DNA from: Desulfocapsa sulfexigens DSM 10523
GTDB taxonomy: Bacteria; Desulfobacterota; Desulfobulbia; Desulfobulbales; Desulfocapsaceae
Reading direction: 5' to 3'
Assembly: GCF_000341395.1 (NCBI RefSeq)
Contig: NC_020304.1
Coordinates: 510,001-542,000 of the forward strand
Length of the DNA stretch: 32,000 nucleotides
Position 1 is the first letter of the stretch; the number at the start of each line of letters is the position of its first letter. A program made the translations under genes and the position numbers. Positions 27,905 to 32,000 of this stretch are shown piece by piece. The notes beneath the pieces were generated by a model that made no database searches, was not told the DNA's origin, and saw only the letters and a program-made list of their open reading frames with translations.

Positions 27905-28389
27905 CTTAATCCTCCGTAAAAATATTGTTTGTGGCTTTCACCGTTTCTGTTTCTGAAGTAATGACAGCCTAATTACTATAGACAGGCTACTTTGTCAAGT
28001 GAATGAGTAATCATTTTCTAACACAGGAAACATCCTTATCCCTGCATGAAACTGTACTTATTTATCAGGCTGCTCAGGACACATAATAAAATGATGATAT
28101 TTATTCAAGGAAATTACCAGATACACTCTGCCAGGCATTTTAGTAAAAATGGTATCATGTTTAATAACAATAAAAAGCAAGGCGCTCAAACAAAACACAA
28201 AACTGGCCACAAACAGCCTTAACACCGTTTTTCCTTGCACTGCACCCCCATAAAAGGTAAATTTTTGCAACTAAGACAACTGCATTCTTTAATCCGTTCA
28301 GCCTGATTATTTGGGAGTATTTTTCCTCTACGATCTTTTTACTGCTCACTAAAGAACACTCACTAACGATTCACCAAAGAGAACTTAAT

Positions 28390-29868
28390 ATGCTTCAGAT
28401 TTTTCGGGATAAATCACAGTCTGTTTTTATTCAGGCCATCGTTCTGGTTATCGCTCTTGTTTTTATTTTCTGGGGAGTTGGAGCCAACATGATGGACAGC
28501 CGGGAAGCTGCCATTGTTGTTAACAATCAGGAAATCAGTTTCCAGGAGTACCAGAGCACATACGATAAACTCCTCTCCAGCTATCGCCAGCAATTTGGTG
28601 GCTCTGTTCCGGAAGAACTTCTGCAAAGCCTGGGCTTGAACGAACAGGTTAAAAGTCAGCTCATCCAGCAGGCACTCCTTCGACAGGGAGCTGAAGCGAT
28701 GGGCATACTAGTTTCTGCCCCTGAAGTACAAACGCACATCCAGGAGATGGCTCAATTCCAGGTGAATGATTCTTTTAATATGGAGAAATACAAGTCCCTT
28801 TTAGCCTCTAACCGACTCACTCCTCACCAGTTTGAAACATCGCAGCGCGTTGATATGCTCTCTGCCAAAGGAGTTCAGGCGATTGGATCTTTCGCCACAA
28901 CCGTCACCGATGCGGAAATCAACGATCTATTCCAGCAGGCAAAAGAAAGCGTCACTCTCAACTTTATCAAGATCAGCCCTTCTGACTTCATCGATAATGT
29001 GGTCATTGAAGACGATGCCCTCGCAGAATGGTTTGCCCAGAATAAAGAAAATTACAAAACCGACCCCTTGATAAAACTGAAGTTTCTCTCTTTTCAATAC
29101 GATGCTGATTCTGAGAAAAATGAAGATGCCAGCAATACCCGAGCTGCTGTTTTTCAAAGGGCAAATGATGCCTATGAAGGAATTATTTCCGCGGGAAGCC
29201 TTCAGGAGTATGCAAATATCCACCCAGAGGTCGATATCCAGGAAACTGATTTTTTCTCACACCTGACACCTCCGGCTACCCTGGACAATTCCCCTGTGGT
29301 TCAGGAAAAGGTGTTCTCCCTGAAAACCGGAGAGCTCAGCTCACTCATCGAATCTCCCAGTGGATATTCTATTCTCTACGCAGAAGCCATCCAGGCCCCT
29401 GAAATCCCATCGCTTGAAACCGTAAAAAATCAAGTCATCAATGATTACAGGGAAGCTCAGGCAAAGATTCTCGCCCGTAACAAGAGCGAAGAGCTCCTCA
29501 AAGCCCTGCAGGAAGGTGGCCAATTACCCGAGCTTGGCAAGGCCAATAACCTCGAAAGTAAGGAAGTCAGCCTGTCCCGCAGCTCCACCGCTTCCGACAC
29601 TAAAGAGTTCCCACCGAACCTTCTTATGGATGTTTTCTCATTGAACAGCAGCAAACCTCTACCAGAGAAACCTGCAACGGTTGGTGAAGATCTCTACCTC
29701 TATCAGTTTACAGGACGGACGCTGCCTGACCCCACCACACTGACAGCAGAAGAGGAGGAGCGATTCAGGGCACAGCTTCTTAATGCCAAACAGGAACGCA
29801 TCCTCATCGCCTGGATTCGCAATCAGGAAGGGACCGCCGATATTTTCACCAATAGAAATATCCAATAA
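28390..29868 (+). CDS. PpiD-like periplasmic chaperone (N-terminal TM anchor, SurA_N-like region, degenerate parvulin domain)
   Basis: MLQIFRDKSQSVFIQAIVLVIALVFIFWG is a typical PpiD N-terminus. The parvulin-like segment is FSLKTGELSSLIESPSGYSILYAE. Confidence 0.85.
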   Translation: MLQIFRDKSQSVFIQAIVLVIALVFIFWGVGANMMDSREAAIVVNNQEISFQEYQSTYDKLLSSYRQQFGGSVPEELLQSLGLNEQVKSQLIQQALLRQGAEAMGILVSAPEVQTHIQEMAQFQVNDSFNMEKYKSLLASNRLTPHQFETSQRVDMLSAKGVQAIGSFATTVTDAEINDLFQQAKESVTLNFIKISPSDFIDNVVIEDDALAEWFAQNKENYKTDPLIKLKFLSFQYDADSEKNEDASNTRAAVFQRANDAYEGIISAGSLQEYANIHPEVDIQETDFFSHLTPPATLDNSPVVQEKVFSLKTGELSSLIESPSGYSILYAEAIQAPEIPSLETVKNQVINDYREAQAKILARNKSEELLKALQEGGQLPELGKANNLESKEVSLSRSSTASDTKEFPPNLLMDVFSLNSSKPLPEKPATVGEDLYLYQFTGRTLPDPTTLTAEEEERFRAQLLNAKQERILIAWIRNQEGTADIFTNRNIQ

Positions 29869-30101
29869 CAGCCGACCAGGACTGCATTGCCTCATTTTCT
29901 TCCGTTTTATACCCAGGATCTCAGGTTGTCACTGAACAGACACTACCTGTTATAATGACGACAAAACGATAACAGGATATTCTTTCGTTTCTCATCCATC
30001 CATGATATGATGAGGAGTTTCTTTCGTCCTGTTGTACAGGTTCCATGGTTTATCTCTTTCGAGGGTTAGGCTTTAAAACTGCACCACCATACTAATATAA
30101 G

Positions 30102-32000
30102 ATGCCAGACCCAAGCAACGATTTACTTCCAATTTACGACAAACTCACTCCCTTTGAGCAGACTCTTCTTCAGTTCCAATCCATTGTCTACGAGCCTGCC
30201 CACACGACTCTAATCGTCAACTGCCTGCGCAAACTTGATATTCGCAGCCCACGTGGCAATCGCCCAACTGCTGCCAACCTGAACCATTATTTCACGAAAT
30301 TCCAAGAAGCTGGCCTGGTCACAAAGGAACGGCAATGTTCTCCACATATTGTAGAGAAACTCAGTCGTATTGCAGTGGCAGAAGGTACTTTTGCAACCTA
30401 CGCAGAGGTCATTCGAAAAGAGGCACCGGTCTCATACTACTATGGGAAATGGACAACCCGATGCTGGCGTGCCATGCGTGAAATGCGTATTGGTATTTAC
30501 ACCCAGGATTTTGATGTCATCGACGATGCTCTTGAATTTCTCTCTGGCCAATGCCGGGAGATCCTTTCACCATTACCACCCACGGTTCATGTAACAACAG
30601 GACCGTTCGACCCCACATGGTTCAGAAGTCTTGCTCCTTCCTTCCAGTTTTTCCTCCTCAATGACATTCTGCGCTACGAGCAGTCAACACTGAACAGCTA
30701 CCCTGAAATCCTTACTTACCTGGAAGAAGAAACAGGATTAGAAGAACTTAGCCAGGACGAGAAGCTCCCCTTTCAGCGTATTCTCTTTAATCAATATATA
30801 TTCAGGGGAAGACTTGTCGAAGCAAAACAACTCGTTGAAGAAAACAGTGAAAGTTTTGTCGGCACCGGAGCAGCCGGCACCCTCGCCTTTCTCTCAGGCA
30901 ACCAAAATAAAACGGCAGACTTATTTGAGCTTGACCTTGATTTTCTTCGCGACCTGACTGGCAGTGAAAAGGCTGCATTCTTCGGCCCCATTGGTCTCTT
31001 CCACGCACTTGCCGTCCTCCAGAATGATCAGACAGATAAGGAGCAGAAGGTTGCCCATCAAATCGGTATCGCCCTGTCACTCTTCAGCAAAAGTGTTGAG
31101 GAAAAAGCATATCAGGTTCTTGCCAATTTCCTCCAGATACGAAACAGTACAGCACTGCCAGGAGATGAAACAAGCTTCCATAAGGATGATGCACCTCACA
31201 GTCTCACCATCCTTGTTACGGCTCTCTCTCAATACTGGCTAAACTCGAACCTCCAGCCTGAATTGAAGCTACTGGTGAAAAGGCTTTACCATCAGGCGCT
31301 CACCAATGACTTCCATTTCTTTTCTCTAAACCTTGCAGCTCTTCTGGCAGGAATTGGTGACACTGATGGGGAATACAATGACACAATCACCCGCCTGAAA
31401 GGGGAGACGGGCCTCATTCCGCTGATTGACATCCTTGAATCTGAAGAACCGTGGAAACGAAATCTGCAGGCATTGATACAGGTAACTGCCTCTTCGCATG
31501 AGTCCAGTAATGCAATGAATGAGCGACTCATCTGGCTGGTGGAGTACAAGAATGGGAAGATGCACATCAACCCCAAAGAGCAGAAACGAAATGCAGCTGG
31601 AGTATGGAGTAAAGGCAGACCTATCTCACTTTCCCGGCTCTACTCGGGAAAACTGCCCTACCTGACCGTTCAGGACAGAAAGATTTCAGCATGTATTCAA
31701 AAGCAGGTGAACACCGAAACCCATGGCATCAGTTACCATTTCGAAATGGATAAAACATTGCTTGCCATGACCAATCATCCTCTACTCTTCTTCGCAAAAT
31801 CTCCTGGAACCCCAGTAGAATTCATTAGCGGAGAACCGGAACTTCTGGTTGAAGAACGAGGTAACCAGCTCCATATCTGTTTTGCTCAGAAGGTAACAGA
31901 AGACAATATTACCATCTTCCAGGAAACCCCCACCCGTTATAAAATTATTGAAATCAACGACAATCACCGTAGAATTTCCCAGATTACTGGCAAAAATGGT
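30102..32000 (+). CDS. 5' part of a large protein of unknown function, at least 633 aa, continuing beyond the window
   Basis: I translated frame 0 by hand. From the ATG at 30102 (in-frame TAA at 30093) to nt 32000 there is no stop across 633 codons. All track ORFs in this region are short and lie in other frames or on the other strand. Absent from the supplied track, presumably because no stop lies inside the window. Confidence 0.75.
   Translation, partial: MPDPSNDLLPIYDKLTPFEQTLLQFQSIVYEPAHTTLIVNCLRKLDIRSPRGNRPTAANLNHYFTKFQEAGLVTKERQCSPHIVEKLSRIAVAEGTFATYAEVIRKEAPVSYYYGKWTTRCWRAMREMRIGIYTQDFDVIDDALEFLSGQCREILSPLPPTVHVTTGPFDPTWFRSLAPSFQFFLLNDILRYEQSTLNSYPEILTYLEEETGLEELSQDEKLPFQRILFNQYIFRGRLVEAKQLVEENSESFVGTGAAGTLAFLSGNQNKTADLFELDLDFLRDLTGSEKAAFFGPIGLFHALAVLQNDQTDKEQKVAHQIGIALSLFSKSVEEKAYQVLANFLQIRNSTALPGDETSFHKDDAPHSLTILVTALSQYWLNSNLQPELKLLVKRLYHQALTNDFHFFSLNLAALLAGIGDTDGEYNDTITRLKGETGLIPLIDILESEEPWKRNLQALIQVTASSHESSNAMNERLIWLVEYKNGKMHINPKEQKRNAAGVWSKGRPISLSRLYSGKLPYLTVQDRKISACIQKQVNTETHGISYHFEMDKTLLAMTNHPLLFFAKSPGTPVEFISGEPELLVEERGNQLHICFAQKVTEDNITIFQETPTRYKIIEINDNHRRISQITGKNG

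Noticed and set aside
27975-27998. Perfect TTGACA (minus strand, 27993-27998) and TATAGT (27975-27980) upstream of dsrC, considered as a sigma70 promoter.
   Set aside because: The spacer is only 12 nt. At the proper 17-nt spacing the hexamer is TAATTA, a poor -10. I cannot call it a promoter with confidence.
28058-28349. Two short minus-strand ORFs (70 aa and 62 aa) in the dsrC/ppiD intergenic region.
   Set aside because: The 70-aa ORF (28058-28270) has only a TTG start and no SD. The 62-aa ORF (28161-28349) has an ATG start, which I did not examine further. Both lie in AT-rich sequence where random ORFs are expected and they overlap each other. I kept only a note that the region is unexplained.
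30370-31967. Track ORFs 30370-30594, 30791-30991, 30802-31080, 30964-31242, 31292-31576, 31326-31565 and 31782-31967.
   Set aside because: All lie in alternative frames or antisense to the uninterrupted 633-codon frame that starts at 30102.

Overview
The window looks like a core chromosomal segment from a sulfate/sulfite-reducing or sulfur-disproportionating Desulfobacterota-type bacterium. This is inferred from a canonical two-cysteine DsrC and a sirC / ccsA-like / hemA cluster, at roughly mid-40s %GC by eye. Coding density is high. Recognisable genes are a rhomboid protease 3' end, a monoheme cytochrome-like protein and a GlxA/AraC regulator. A long minus-strand array follows: SAM-MTase, SirC-like, CcsA/HemX-like, HemA, unknown, 4-OT tautomerase, LigA, AsmA, UspA. 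After it come a TlpA-like redoxin, SurA-like PPIase, RodZ-like protein, RecO, CmoA/CmoB, HIT protein, ABC-F ATPase, DsrC and a PpiD-like chaperone. I saw no rRNA, tRNA, CRISPR array, transposase/integrase or long repeat, so most of the window is ordinary. No classic defence or mobile island is visible. Four loci are the least explained: (1) a tightly packed operon of M23 peptidase, bactofilin, Zn-ribbon mini-protein and RimK-type ATP-grasp ligase (25004-27452); (2) a divergent biotin-protein-ligase-like gene next to a protein with two biotinyl/lipoyl-like domains and a His-tailed membrane protein (17802-20000); (3) a SLOG-like protein coupled to a HIT hydrolase (22038-22942); (4) a 633-codon frame, open from 30102 to the window edge, that is missing from the supplied ORF track. 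All functional calls come from motif recognition by eye. No database search was run.
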